Assembly (NCBI GenBank): GCA_051532035.1
Contig: JAOPTW010000016.1
Location: forward strand, 75,184-139,183
Direction: 5' to 3'
From: Fibrobacterales bacterium
Lineage (GTDB): Bacteria; Fibrobacterota; Fibrobacteria; Fibrobacterales; JAOPTW01
DNA: 64,000 nt
Under the pieces are notes generated by a model. It saw only the letters and a list, made by a program, of their open reading frames with translations, had not been told where the DNA came from and did not search any database. The translations under genes and the position numbers were made by a program. Positions 30,900 through 41,451 of the stretch are shown here, piece after piece. How positions within the stretch are numbered: position 1 is the stretch's first letter; every line of letters begins with the position of its first letter.

Positions 30900-32189
30900 T
30901 TATTTAACAGCCAATACAAATGCAGGCATTTTAGGTGCTTCTTCAAGATGTATTTTACACCCATCAAGCCCTGAATCTACTTTTTCAACTCGCTTACGTT
31001 TATGATTATGCAAGTGTTTTGCTTCAAAAAAGGTATTTTCACCAGGGATCATAAGCTCAAGCTTTTGCCCTTCTTTAATTTGACCTTTAACCGATATAGT
31101 CGCAAGCTTTGTTTCGGGATCATAGTCACGAACCTGAGCAAGCACCTGTGATGTCGCAGACTTCAATCGTGTGGTATCGTAATTCTGAGGCAGTACTTCA
31201 CTTTTACCTTCAAAGAAGCCCGGGAAGAATCCACGACTATCAGTTTTTTCAATCATCTCTTTATGAGCTGGATTAAATGGACGTCCCGCAATCACATCAT
31301 CTACGGCATTGCGATACGCTTTAGAAACCTGACTGAGATAATAGATTGACTTAGTTCTTCCTTCAATTTTAAAAGAACAGATTCCTGCTTCAGCAAGATC
31401 TTTAAGATGCTCAATAGCACACATATCCCGAGAGTTCATCATATAGGTACCGTGTTCATCTTCATCAATAAGCATAAATGCATCATTGGGATCATCAGTC
31501 TCTTTAATGTAAAATTCACCATCAATGGGAGTATACTCTTCTTCGCCGAGCGCATTCTTCTCATACATTGAGTATTTAAGACGACAAGCATTTGAACACA
31601 TACCTTGATTACTATCTCTAAAAGTCATATAGTTCGAAAGCATACAGCGACCCGAGTAGGCCATACACACTGCACCATGCACAAAACTTTCGAGTTCAAG
31701 GTCAGGACACGCGTCTTTAATTTCTTTTATTTCTTTAATGCGAAGTTCACGACTCAAAATAACCCGTGACACTCCGATAGACTGCCAGAATTTCGCTGTT
31801 GACCAGTTAGTACAATTCGCCTGTACCGAAAGATGCACTTCTTGATCAGGGTGCTTCTCTTTTACATACGCAATCATCCCTGGGTCAGTCATTATTATTG
31901 CGTCAGGCTTATGCTCGACATACCTACTCAAATTCTCTTTAAATGAATTGATCTTAATATTATGAGGAATAATATTTGATGTTAGATAAAATTTCTTACC
32001 AAGTCCATGAGCATACTCAATTCCCTCGGCAATATCATCAATGTTTTTGAATCCATTTTCTCTTGCTCTGAGTGAGTAGCGAGGCTGACCAGCATAGACC
32101 GCATCGGCACCAAAGGCCAATGCATATTTCATTTTTTCTAAATCCCCTGCTGGGGCCAATACTTCTAAATTCGCTTCGAGTTCTGACAT
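30900..32189 (-). CDS. trhP: U32-family tRNA hydroxylation protein (TrhP/YegQ-like)
   Basis: LAPAG, GADAVY.G...SLR, HLSVQA, FVHGA.C.AYSGRC, G.C.NACR and KIEGR.KS motifs. Confidence 0.88.
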   Translation of the reverse strand: MSELEANLEVLAPAGDLEKMKYALAFGADAVYAGQPRYSLRARENGFKNIDDIAEGIEYAHGLGKKFYLTSNIIPHNIKINSFKENLSRYVEHKPDAIIMTDPGMIAYVKEKHPDQEVHLSVQANCTNWSTAKFWQSIGVSRVILSRELRIKEIKEIKDACPDLELESFVHGAVCMAYSGRCMLSNYMTFRDSNQGMCSNACRLKYSMYEKNALGEEEYTPIDGEFYIKETDDPNDAFMLIDEDEHGTYMMNSRDMCAIEHLKDLAEAGICSFKIEGRTKSIYYLSQVSKAYRNAVDDVIAGRPFNPAHKEMIEKTDSRGFFPGFFEGKSEVLPQNYDTTRLKSATSQVLAQVRDYDPETKLATISVKGQIKEGQKLELMIPGENTFFEAKHLHNHKRKRVEKVDSGLDGCKIHLEEAPKMPAFVLAVK

Positions 32190-32349
32190 ATCTCAATTTC
32201 CTGATTTCAAGGCAGGTGGCTATCAATGGCACGCCATGACAGTAGTTGGGGGCAAATATAGGTTTTTCACCCATCTTCTTCATTGTATCAGATAGAATGT
32301 TGTGTTTTTAGAGATCAATTTACAGAGATGGTATCGCAGATGTATAGCG

Positions 32350-33402
32350 TTAGATAATCTGATAGGAGCGTAATGTCGCCGTCCAGACACTAAAGACACG
32401 CGACACGATCCCAATGAGGGGAACTGCTATTATCATACCTATCACCCCAAAGAGGGAGCCACCAAAGAGAATACCCAAAATCACAACGAGGGGATGAAGA
32501 CTTAAACTTTTACCGATAGTCATGGGATAAACAAAAAAATTATCGAGGAGGTTTACTATGAGGAATACAATGGGGACCGTCCACCAAGGGGAGGGAGCTG
32601 TCGGATCTATCAACAACACACAGATTGCGGGTATAGCCCCTACAACTGGGCCCAAATAAGGGATCGCGTTAGCTGCACCAGCAAACACCCCAATAACAAT
32701 TGCTCCTTTTACACCTAGTATTGAAAGACCGACACTGGCAAGTACTCCGATAATAATACAATCATAAATTTGCCCCCTAATATAGCCACCTATTTGGTTA
32801 TTAATTTGATGAATTATCATTAAAACCATTTCAAAATAACGGTTCGGGACAAATGACACCAGGCGCTTCTTAATGCTCCGGCCTTCGATTGAAAGCAACA
32901 ATGCTATTACTGGAATAAAGATTAACGTGCCAAGGGTACTGAATACCACCGTTACATAGTGCGGAATCCCTACCTTAACAACGTCTATTTTATTCGAGAA
33001 AAATTTTTCAGCATGCTCCTCAAGGAGGGCCACCTGATTCGGTGTGCAAAAATGCAAAAGGTAAAGACGCAGTGAGTCTAATCGCATAACAAGTGTCTGT
33101 TCATAGAGGGTGTATTCCTGGCTCATCACCTCAATTTGAGTCTGTATTATAGGGGCAGCAATTGCAATACCACTATATACTAACACACCAAGAATAGTAA
33201 AAATCGAAAGAGTACCGAGAGCCCGATGTACCCCTCTTCTTTCGAGTGAAGTAACAAAGGGAGTTATCATAAAGGCCAACAAAAAGCCAAGAACAAGAGG
33301 TAAGATTAAAGTATATACTGCCATAAGTATGATAAGGACTAATACAATGGCCGATCCATAATACCCCACTCTTATAGTGGTATGCTCTGTACCCTTAACC
33401 AT
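32350..33402 (-). CDS. AI-2E family transporter
   Basis: YIRGQ, IPYLGP and L.LHP..VI.G...GG...G..G...AVP motifs. Confidence 0.9.
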   Translation of the reverse strand: MVKGTEHTTIRVGYYGSAIVLVLIILMAVYTLILPLVLGFLLAFMITPFVTSLERRGVHRALGTLSIFTILGVLVYSGIAIAAPIIQTQIEVMSQEYTLYEQTLVMRLDSLRLYLLHFCTPNQVALLEEHAEKFFSNKIDVVKVGIPHYVTVVFSTLGTLIFIPVIALLLSIEGRSIKKRLVSFVPNRYFEMVLMIIHQINNQIGGYIRGQIYDCIIIGVLASVGLSILGVKGAIVIGVFAGAANAIPYLGPVVGAIPAICVLLIDPTAPSPWWTVPIVFLIVNLLDNFFVYPMTIGKSLSLHPLVVILGILFGGSLFGVIGMIIAVPLIGIVSRVFSVWTATLRSYQII

Positions 33403-33928
33403 TACTATACGCTTCAGGTGTAGTGAGATCTAAGTTTAATTGATTCATTTTTCTTAGTCGTTCACCTAAGACTGATGCAAGATTAAGCAATACTTTTGAG
33501 CCAATGCGTGGGCTCTTTTCAATGATGTCAATAAGGTCTGGTTTAAAAAAACCCAAGAGTACAGTAGGCCCCGAACCTTTAGCTGTTGCAGAGCGAGGCG
33601 AGCCATCCACCAGTGATAACTCACCAAAGAAATCACATTTATGGAGTGAGGTATACAGCACTTCATTTTTTTTTGAATCAGTTCCTGAGATTGTTATGGC
33701 GCCGGATTGTATAATGTACATTCCATTCCCGGCCTCCCCCTCCTTAAAAACTATTTCATCAGCACGATAGGTGCGAGTATGAAGAATTTTTGCAACATAG
33801 AGTAGCTCAATCCGGTCGAGCGAACTGAAAATGGGGATGGTCTCTATTATATTAAAAACGTCTTTATTAATATTCGACGTTAACGTAATAGGTGCCCATA
33901 AATAGTTTATAAATGACATAGACATCAA
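33395..33928 (-). CDS. Stand-alone cyclic-nucleotide-binding domain protein
   Basis: F.EGE.G..MYII.SG and FFGELSL.DG.PRSATA motifs; no HTH; start uncertain. Confidence 0.88.
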   Translation of the reverse strand: MMSMSFINYLWAPITLTSNINKDVFNIIETIPIFSSLDRIELLYVAKILHTRTYRADEIVFKEGEAGNGMYIIQSGAITISGTDSKKNEVLYTSLHKCDFFGELSLVDGSPRSATAKGSGPTVLLGFFKPDLIDIIEKSPRIGSKVLLNLASVLGERLRKMNQLNLDLTTPEAYSNG

Positions 33929-34002
33929 AACTGTATTAAGATTTGAATGATTATATCACTTATTATTATAGAAAGCAAAAAGCCAATGTATGTGATAAAA
34001 CA

Positions 34003-34174
34003 ATGTTGCGAAGCAACGAGAAAAAGTAAGGCTCAAAAATGATGTTGCAAAGCAACGAATGAAATGCAAATTTCGCAGGAAAGTATGCAGATATGAGGCA
34101 TTTATGCCGCAGGCGTAGTAACGCTACGTCAAGGCATCAATAACGAAGTAGATGCGTGCTTTCCTGCGAAATTT
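34003..34174. repeat. Palindromic intergenic element plus two short hairpin repeats
   Basis: AAATTTCGCAGGAAAG (34068) ... CTTTCCTGCGAAATTT (34174) with central GCGTAG/CTACGT hairpin; ATGTTGC(G/A)AAGCAACGA at 34003 and 34042. Confidence 0.7.
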
Positions 34175-34654
34175 TTACCAGGAACGGGGACGGTATGATG
34201 TATCCCCCGTCCAAGAGATAATTTTATCCTTAAGCACAACTCTATTTTTTGGTTCCATTTTTGTATCGAGCATTTCAAAGAGTGCTTCTATTTCTGCCTT
34301 GCGAAGCAAATCAAGAACATCGCGCTCTAATACAGAGAGTTCGAGAACTTCAAGGTCACGATGTACCTTAGTCTTACGCTTATCATTCAGATAAATATGG
34401 TAACTGGTAAAGATCACCTCTTCGCCAAACCAGCACTTAACTAGTTCAGCCGCCTGATACATATCTATCAGCTCGGTATCTTCGAGAATATCGAGGATAT
34501 CAATGGTGTCTCCGGCTAGTGCCTTAACACACACCTCTTCAACAACAGAGCTATCACAACCATACGAAAGTATATCTGCCTCTATCTGGGCGCGTATGGG
34601 TTCAGCAAATGTGGCCTTACTAAGTTCATGGCCTAAAGTATCTGTAAAAATCAT
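34175..34654 (-). CDS. Hypothetical protein
   Basis: 159-aa ORF with AGGA RBS; no recognisable motif. Confidence 0.55.
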   Translation of the reverse strand: MIFTDTLGHELSKATFAEPIRAQIEADILSYGCDSSVVEEVCVKALAGDTIDILDILEDTELIDMYQAAELVKCWFGEEVIFTSYHIYLNDKRKTKVHRDLEVLELSVLERDVLDLLRKAEIEALFEMLDTKMEPKNRVVLKDKIISWTGDTSYRPRSW

Positions 34655-35081
34655 AGTTTTCCTGGCTTTCAGAAACGTATTGCACTTTCAAGAAGTCCGA
34701 CCAATTTAAAAGTGCTTACGTTTCCCGGTCTTACTTATCTCTCACAAATACAAATGTAACCTTATGTAAAGTTTTGTAAAGTGGAAGTTTACACTTTTTA
34801 AAAATTCTTTAGTCCTCAGTCTTAAGCGCTCTTTCTTGAGTAGTAAGTACCCTAATATTGGACAATATTGCAACCCCCATACAACTTGGACAAGCTACCT
34901 TACGCCACCTACCCCTTCAACGTTATTTCCCTAAAACCACATTACTTTAACATTGTTAATGATTGAAATAGTCTACTTTATGTCTAAATTAAGTCATAAA
35001 CGTCGTAAATGAGTAATTCCCCAACCCAATCATGCTCCCCCTATTGTATATACTTATCACATTTTAGAACAAGGATCACCA

Positions 35082-35468
35082 ATGCGAAAACCTATCCTCA
35101 TCACCCTCGCCATTATTAACCTTCTCATGGCTATACTTCATGGAATGTTTAGTACAATGTTTAACTGGAGCGAAGAACTCACCAAAGTATCAATGGAAAC
35201 TAAAGCAATTCTCGAGATTTTCAACATCATCTCCATCTGGTTATTGCTCTATTTCGCCATCATGACCTTACTCCTTATTAAGCAAAAAATCAATACACTC
35301 TTTTCTAATGCCTTTATTGTTCTGGTCTCTGGATTTTACGGCATCCGTCTCGTACTCGGGTACCCCTATTTTGGCTTTTCTATCCAAGAAATGACTGTCT
35401 GGGGGATATGTGCCTTTATTATTGGGGGATATATTATGGTTTGGCGCGGGATGGAGCGAAACCAATAG
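35082..35468 (+). CDS. Small four-TM membrane protein
   Basis: Four hydrophobic segments; H..F..MFNW motif; AAGGA RBS. Confidence 0.7.
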   Translation: MRKPILITLAIINLLMAILHGMFSTMFNWSEELTKVSMETKAILEIFNIISIWLLLYFAIMTLLLIKQKINTLFSNAFIVLVSGFYGIRLVLGYPYFGFSIQEMTVWGICAFIIGGYIMVWRGMERNQ

Positions 35469-35528
35469 GAAGATCCGGTTTCATATTGATACTTACTACC
35501 CAAAATAATAAACTTTCTAATAAAATGA

Positions 35529-35584
35529 TTATTCATATGCATAGATAATATACTTTTATGTATATTATCTATGCATATGAATAA
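35529..35584. promoter_or_regulatory. Perfect 25-bp inverted repeat, probable AbiEi operator
   Basis: TTATTCATATGCATAGATAATATAC-ttttat-GTATATTATCTATGCATATGAATAA, overlapping the antitoxin start. Confidence 0.8.
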
Positions 35585-36176
35585 CCTAATAAGAGATATA
35601 CAACTCATTCAACAATTCGACTCCCCTATGAACGGAGTTTTTTCGACCTATGATCTCCAACAGCTCTTCGGCATGGACAATAAGGTTCTGCTTTATAGAC
35701 GCCTTAAAACTCTGTGTGAGTCTGAGGTTATTCAATCATTTTGTAGGGGTATTTTTGTAACTCCACAAGTAAACCTTCAAAAACTCACCACGAAGCTCAT
35801 CCCTGAGTCATACATATCGTTAGGTTCCATTCTATCTGACAAACTAATCATTGGAACTACCCCAGGCAACAGGGTCTATTGCATCAAGCCCGGCAGGTCA
35901 AAAATCTACTCAAACGATTCATATGAAATAATTTTCTATGGTATCAACTCAGACTATTTCAACGGCTATACAAATCTTAATGGAGTTAACTATGCTTCAG
36001 CCGAAAAAGCATTTATAGATACCGCCTACCTCTATCTAAAAGGAGTTCCTTTTTATTTTGACATCTATTCAGACGTTGAGTACGACCAACTCGACCTCAG
36101 CCTCATCTCGAAAATATTGACACGTTACAGAAACCCTAAACTTATTCGCTTTGTCGAAGGCCTCCTCAATGATTAG
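35571..36176 (+). CDS. Type IV TA antitoxin, AbiEi-like
   Basis: N-terminal wHTH (..RGIF), SYISL.S.L and A..EKA..D..Y motifs. Confidence 0.75.
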   Translation: MHMNNLIRDIQLIQQFDSPMNGVFSTYDLQQLFGMDNKVLLYRRLKTLCESEVIQSFCRGIFVTPQVNLQKLTTKLIPESYISLGSILSDKLIIGTTPGNRVYCIKPGRSKIYSNDSYEIIFYGINSDYFNGYTNLNGVNYASAEKAFIDTAYLYLKGVPFYFDIYSDVEYDQLDLSLISKILTRYRNPKLIRFVEGLLND

Positions 36177-36903
36177 CATCACTAATACCGACACCTTTTT
36201 CCTTTGGGTATTCGAACTCTTCTCCAAAGAATTCCCCAGTCACGCCATTCTAAAAGGGGGTATGTCTTTGCGATTATTAGGTTGCCCACGAAACACAAAG
36301 GATCTAGACTTCCTCTTTATACCATATTCCTCAAAAAAAGAAGTCGCCCCACTTATTGATAGCGTTTTAAAAAAATACCCAGAAATAGAATATGACCTCA
36401 AAGTGCACTCTACTTGCATAGTTTGCAAATTGAACTACAACAACATTCAGATTGCAGTTGATGTGACTGTTACAGAATCAATTGATACAATCCCAGTTAC
36501 CACAGAAGTACTATCCTCACAATATAACCATCCAAATTTTATTATTCGAACCGTCTCCTACGAAAATGCCTTAGCAAATAAAATTGGGGCCTGGATTGAA
36601 CGGCGACTCATGCGGGACATATACGACATTCATTTTTACATAAGTACTCTCAGAGTAAATCCCGATATGTTAATTCTCAACAATCGTATCTCCAACATCA
36701 CATCAAGAAGAGAGAAGTCTCTTAAGTTACTCACTCTACCTGAACTCACTTCACTATTGGACAGCTTCTGCCAAGAGCTGACTCTTACCTCATTACAAAT
36801 TGAGCTCAATGAATACTTCTCTGAAATGGACCTTATTGGCCTCGATATGAAGATTAAGGTTTCACTTCAGAAGTTGATTGATTATCTGGAGAGACAAATC
36901 TAA
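36169..36903 (+). CDS. AbiEii-family nucleotidyltransferase toxin
   Basis: LKGG..L, R.T.DLDF and A.KI.A...R...RD.YD motifs; overlaps the antitoxin. Confidence 0.85.
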   Translation: MISITNTDTFFLWVFELFSKEFPSHAILKGGMSLRLLGCPRNTKDLDFLFIPYSSKKEVAPLIDSVLKKYPEIEYDLKVHSTCIVCKLNYNNIQIAVDVTVTESIDTIPVTTEVLSSQYNHPNFIIRTVSYENALANKIGAWIERRLMRDIYDIHFYISTLRVNPDMLILNNRISNITSRREKSLKLLTLPELTSLLDSFCQELTLTSLQIELNEYFSEMDLIGLDMKIKVSLQKLIDYLERQI

Positions 36904-37272
36904 AGTCACAGTTTAGATTTGTCTCTAATATACTGCATCTCACTTCACCAAAACTCTTTGTATTACTGTAGTTTATGACCAGAATATGAGGTTTATTTCA
37001 AAATAAGGAGATTATCTTATTATTCGACGCATAATGTGCATTGAATAGCCACCAAGATACAACTTGAGAAACTTCAGCAAGCACAGGTTAAAATTGACTG
37101 TTTGGGCTTATTTATACGCATAGCTGAGAACACATGAGTTCTACAAAACCAACAACCTATTATTATATGAAGATTCTTGAGAAACCTTTGATTAAAGCAC
37201 TCGAAACTTAAATATGTCTGGAGCATCCTTAGCGAAGATACAAACGACCAATAGCGCAATATCTATTTCAAA

Positions 37273-37326
37273 TAAGTTATAGCTTATCTATGTGATAACT
37301 TTTATTATATTATAAACTATAACTTA
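37273..37326. promoter_or_regulatory. Imperfect inverted repeat upstream of the AAA ATPase
   Basis: TAAGTTATAG...CTATAACTTA arms. Confidence 0.5.
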
Positions 37327-37340
37327 AATATTTGTGCCCT

Positions 37341-38546
37341 ATGCTACAAAGAAATAAATACCTCCAGTGGATTCACCAGTACAGAAATACACCATTAATA
37401 AAAGTATTAGTCGGCATGAGGCGTGTGGGCAAGAGCACCCTTATAGAACAATTTAAAGACAATCTATACGCACAAGAGCAGCTTCCAGAGGGATCAATTC
37501 TCCATATCGATATGGAACTGTTGAAAAATCGAGATATAACTAATGCCGAGGCACTCCATGACAAAGTAACTTCATATTTTACCGAACATAAAGAGAACAA
37601 AGTACTGCTTATTGATGAAGTTCAAGAAATTGCTGAGTGGGAGAAGGCAATAAATAGTTTTTTAAAAGAGGGTGAAATTGATATTTACATTACAGGCTCT
37701 AACTCTCACATGCTCTCCTCTGATCTCGCCACTTTTCTCGCAGGGCGCTATGTGTCACTAGAGGTCCTCCCACTGAGTTATCGAGAAACACTTCAACTCT
37801 ACGGAAACAATCAACACACCGATACACTCTTTCAAAAATATCTGAAATTTGGCGGGCTCCCGGGCCTCTCTCATTTACCTGAAAATGAGGCAGTTCTTTT
37901 TCAGACCCTCGACGCCTATTACAGTACCATCATATTAAGAGATATCATTGAGCGTTACACCATTCGTAGCAGCGCTCTTTTAGAGAACCTCGTCTCATTC
38001 TTTTTTGATAACATTGGCAACCTTGTCACCGCCAAAAGTATTAGCAACTACCTAAAATCTCAACACATCAAATCATCTATAGAGTCAGTCCAAACATACG
38101 TCGGGTACCTTGAATCCTGTTTTGCACTTCATAAAGTCAAACGCTATGACATCAAAGGAAAACGCCACCTAGAAATAGCCGAGAAACACTATCTGAACGA
38201 CCTCGGCCTGAGACATGCAACACTAGGCTATAGACCAGGTGATATCGGGCAACTGCTCGAAAATGCTATCTACCTAGAACTTCGTAGACGTGGCTATACT
38301 ATTTCAATTGGCAAAATTGGAGACCTTGAGATAGATTTCATAGCAGAAAAACATAATGCAAAGATCTACATCCAAGTCAGCTACCTTCTCGCCTCTGAGG
38401 AGACACGAAAGCGAGAATTCACCCCCTTAAAAAAGACCGGTGATTCATACCCCAAATATGTAGTAACAATGGATTCTCTGACTCAAGATGAGGAGGGCAT
38501 TATGCATAGGTATATTCCTGAATTTTTATTGGATGAGGGGTGGTGA
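37341..38546 (+). CDS. AAA_14/DUF4143-type ATPase with C-terminal PD-(D/E)xK-like domain
   Basis: G.RRVGKS, IDEVQ, ITGSN, LAGR, GG.P, D.GLR, LEN, EIDF and IQV motifs. Confidence 0.9.
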   Translation: MLQRNKYLQWIHQYRNTPLIKVLVGMRRVGKSTLIEQFKDNLYAQEQLPEGSILHIDMELLKNRDITNAEALHDKVTSYFTEHKENKVLLIDEVQEIAEWEKAINSFLKEGEIDIYITGSNSHMLSSDLATFLAGRYVSLEVLPLSYRETLQLYGNNQHTDTLFQKYLKFGGLPGLSHLPENEAVLFQTLDAYYSTIILRDIIERYTIRSSALLENLVSFFFDNIGNLVTAKSISNYLKSQHIKSSIESVQTYVGYLESCFALHKVKRYDIKGKRHLEIAEKHYLNDLGLRHATLGYRPGDIGQLLENAIYLELRRRGYTISIGKIGDLEIDFIAEKHNAKIYIQVSYLLASEETRKREFTPLKKTGDSYPKYVVTMDSLTQDEEGIMHRYIPEFLLDEGW

Positions 38547-38920
38547 AAATCATCAGCGGGATAAGTGCAGATGAAACATTTTTTACAACAGACTTAATGG
38601 CTACCTACAAAGGGGCACTTGCTGAACAATTTATTGGACAAGAAGCAATTGCTCTCAACACTCAAACTTCACCAGAGCTCTATTATTGGACCCGTCAAAA
38701 GCAGAAGAGCTCTGCTGAAATCGATTATTTATTTGAAGGCTCTCCCTTAACCCCAATTGAAGTTAAAAGCGCTAAAGCGGGAACACTTAAAAGCATGCAT
38801 CAAGCTCTCATTCAGTTTGATACTATTCCCTATGGGGGCGTACTCTCGACCCGAAATATTGGGACTCTTGATGAACAAAAACTCAGGTTTTTACCGCAGT
38901 ATGCTCAGCTTTCTCGATAA
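38540..38920 (+). pseudogene. C-terminal fragment of a second DUF4143-type ATPase
   Basis: GALAEQF, YYW.R, AEIDY and PIEVKS motifs, without the ATPase domain. Confidence 0.7.
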
Positions 38921-39456
38921 GATTTTATAAAATCTGTTGCTCGAATATGCCGATGATATTCCTCAATGATTTTATGGCATATGTTCTCAAATACAGAATA
39001 ACCTTAAAGAATAGCACCCGCAAATCCCTGACTATTGAGTATCCCTTTTAGGCCATTGAGTATTGCTCCGGGGCATTTGGAGATTGGGTTGTGAGGTGTG
39101 GCAACCAAAAAGCCTGTATTAAACTTATGTAAAAGTCGAAATCTAGCGTATCACCCAATTGATTCATTGGGGCATTCACTGCAATAAAATGAGGGTAAAT
39201 ATTCACTTGTTCCCATGGTACCGTATTAAGGGATATTAATGATTTTATTGCCAAGAGTTGTTTGATGAAAGATGATGCTAAAGAGAGAAGTAGTGGGTAT
39301 TATTTGAGAAGGTAAAAGAGATATTCGGTTTCTTTTTTAGTAAAATGGCTACTTTTAATTCCGATTATCCCGCAAGTAAATATCCTGTATACTCATATAG
39401 CATCGGGCTGTATAGCCTCGTAACTACAAAACTAACCATCATGAGCATATTTTAAA

Positions 39457-39494
39457 TATGGCGATTAATAGAGTTCACCCTATTAATCGCCATA
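39457..39494 (-). terminator. Hairpin/terminator downstream of the small secreted protein
   Basis: TATGGCGATTAATAG / CTATTAATCGCCATA stem. Confidence 0.65.
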
Positions 39495-39660
39495 CGAGCT
39501 ATTCTACGATATAGAGGTTGTGCTAATCCTAATTTTAATTCGCCTAATTTATAAAAGAAGACATTCTCATATAAGCAACATAAACCCAGTTATATATGAG
39601 AATGCCACAATAATACCTGTCCCTTAAATCAAGATGGTCATTCATTAATAAAGAGACCAA

Positions 39661-40026
39661 TTAATTACTTGGCCTCATTTTTATATAACTTGCCTGACAA
39701 AGGCCCTTGACAGCTCCAACACTAGGGTCAACCGCAATAATTAATTCCGTCCCCATAGTCATAGATGTTAATATCATAGATTTCATAAATGAATTATTTT
39801 CTGTTGGCAAAAGAACATATCCAGATACACATCCATTAATAGAAAAAGGGTCCATCTCCAATACTACTCTGCCTTTAAAGTAGGATTCATTTGCATTTTC
39901 ATATGAAAAATGATTTACCAAGTTAATTTTGTGTATTGGAATTACTATATCACCAGCCATAGCATTCCCAGTAAAAACAGATCCAACCAACACAACCGCA
40001 ACAATCATTTTCTTTAACATTTTCAT
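39661..40026 (-). CDS. Small secreted protein, putative AB5 B-subunit-like OB-fold (paralog 1)
   Basis: Signal peptide MKMLKK..GNAMA; two Cys; helix-strand FMKSMILTSMTMGTELII; AAGGAG RBS; fold is inference. Confidence 0.7.
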   Translation of the reverse strand: MKMLKKMIVAVVLVGSVFTGNAMAGDIVIPIHKINLVNHFSYENANESYFKGRVVLEMDPFSINGCVSGYVLLPTENNSFMKSMILTSMTMGTELIIAVDPSVGAVKGLCQASYIKMRPSN

Positions 40027-40091
40027 CTTTTTCTCCTTGTTATAATTTTCTTTGAGAACCTTATTCCTAGTTCCCAATCATTTGAATACTT

Positions 40092-40120
40092 ATTAGACGC
40101 CCCATAAAATCAATTGGGGA
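40092..40120 (-). promoter_or_regulatory. ECF-type promoter, copy 1
   Basis: TCCCC-N16-CGTCTAAT. Confidence 0.75.
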
Positions 40121-40145
40121 ACTTTATTTAATAATTTTTCTTTTT

Positions 40146-40550
40146 TTAATTCAATAGTAGCGGCGTAATGATTGTAGGAATAATATTATGCACTTCAGGC
40201 ATACCCGGCATCATCTCAATCGCCTTAATAAACACACTCCCATAACTCTCCGGTCCCTTTAACCCAAATCGATCACCGTGTGGCACCGAGTGAATCGCCT
40301 GACCAAGCACCGATGCATCACGCATCGTAACTCTTCCACTTGCATCAGTAACCGGATAGAGAGCCTCTCCATTAATATAAATGGTTTTAAAAGGATCTCG
40401 CGCCGGGTCAAAAACACCTTCACCCTTTTGACTAAAGAGGTCTACCATACCATCACTATTTGGGAACCAATCCTCATCAAGCGCGTCGATTACATGTATT
40501 TCAGCTTGATCCAAAGCGCCACTACTAATCGTACTATTACATTTTTCAAA
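40146..40550 (-). pseudogene. 5'-truncated alpha/beta-hydrolase paralog retaining the C-terminal tail
   Basis: DEDWFPNSDGMVDLFSQK matches DEDWMANSDGVVDVFSQK of 46992..48737; ends IIPTIITPLLLN; in-frame stop at 40551-40553; no signal peptide or HSQGG motif. Confidence 0.75.
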
Positions 40551-41354
40551 TTAAAGTCACTCCTTATCTCTCCCGAGCATACTATTACGCGCCATACAGC
40601 ACCAGAAACCGCTACAAAATTGAATTCACAATTAAATAAAATTTTAAAAGAATCTCTCAACTAAGCCATGAATGATAGAAATGCACGCACTACTCGTCTG
40701 TGCTGGTTTTAATAGGCATCTTTCGATTGTAGTGATTTTACGTTGAGTCTTGAAAACTAAACCTTACTACTACAACGCTTCAAAATCATTTTAACTGTGG
40801 TTATTTTAACATGTACATAGTTAACGATTATGAGTATTTACTATGGACAACATATTTTTACTATGCCTAGAAACGAAAATACTTCCAAATGTGGGCGACC
40901 CATCGGAACAGACTCCACTACCTTTACACGGTATATAAGCCTCCTTAAACAATTGAACTATACAAATTCAGACAGTAATTGTTTTTGCCAAACAACCCAA
41001 AAGCAAGGGATCGAATACATCGAAGATAATTCCTGCGACATCTCCGCATTCAAACTAAAATGAAATAGCAAACGCTCACCAAGGTTTTCTCAAATATTCA
41101 CGGGCGCCCTCTAAAAAGAGCGTCATATTGTTACCCCAGATAATTATTTTGAGCTTCTTCTTTAGAAGATATTTATTCTTAGACTTGAAAACTAAATTGG
41201 GGTAACCTTGTTCAGAAGCCTACCTGATTTTGCTCAACTTACTCTCAAGGGCGTACTTGCATTTTAACCACCTAACATATATAAATGCTCTTTCATGGAA
41301 ATATTTTTCATTAATTATTTTACCATGAAACAGACAAACATACAGATTCATGGT

Positions 41355-41390
41355 AAAAAAGAGTGCCGACAAACAAAGTCTCGGCACTCT
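41355..41390 (-). terminator. Intrinsic terminator
   Basis: AGAGTGCCGA / TCGGCACTCT stem plus U-run on the minus strand. Confidence 0.75.
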
Positions 41391-41451
41391 CTATTAGCAT
41401 TGTCTGCTGATATATATTTTGCGGTACATTGATGGGTACCTCGGTCTAGTT

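Noticed and set aside
32227..32243. TGGCACG as a sigma-54 site
   Set aside because: No TTGC at the -12 position, and it faces away from trhP.
36904..37270. Possible gene between AbiEii and the ATPase (similarly 38930-39420)
   Set aside because: Only short interrupted frames; no family could be assigned.
40560..41350. Short ORFs 40278..40664 and 40830..41063 and a repeated CTTGAAAACTAAA
   Set aside because: No recognisable motifs; probably decayed DNA or shadow ORFs.
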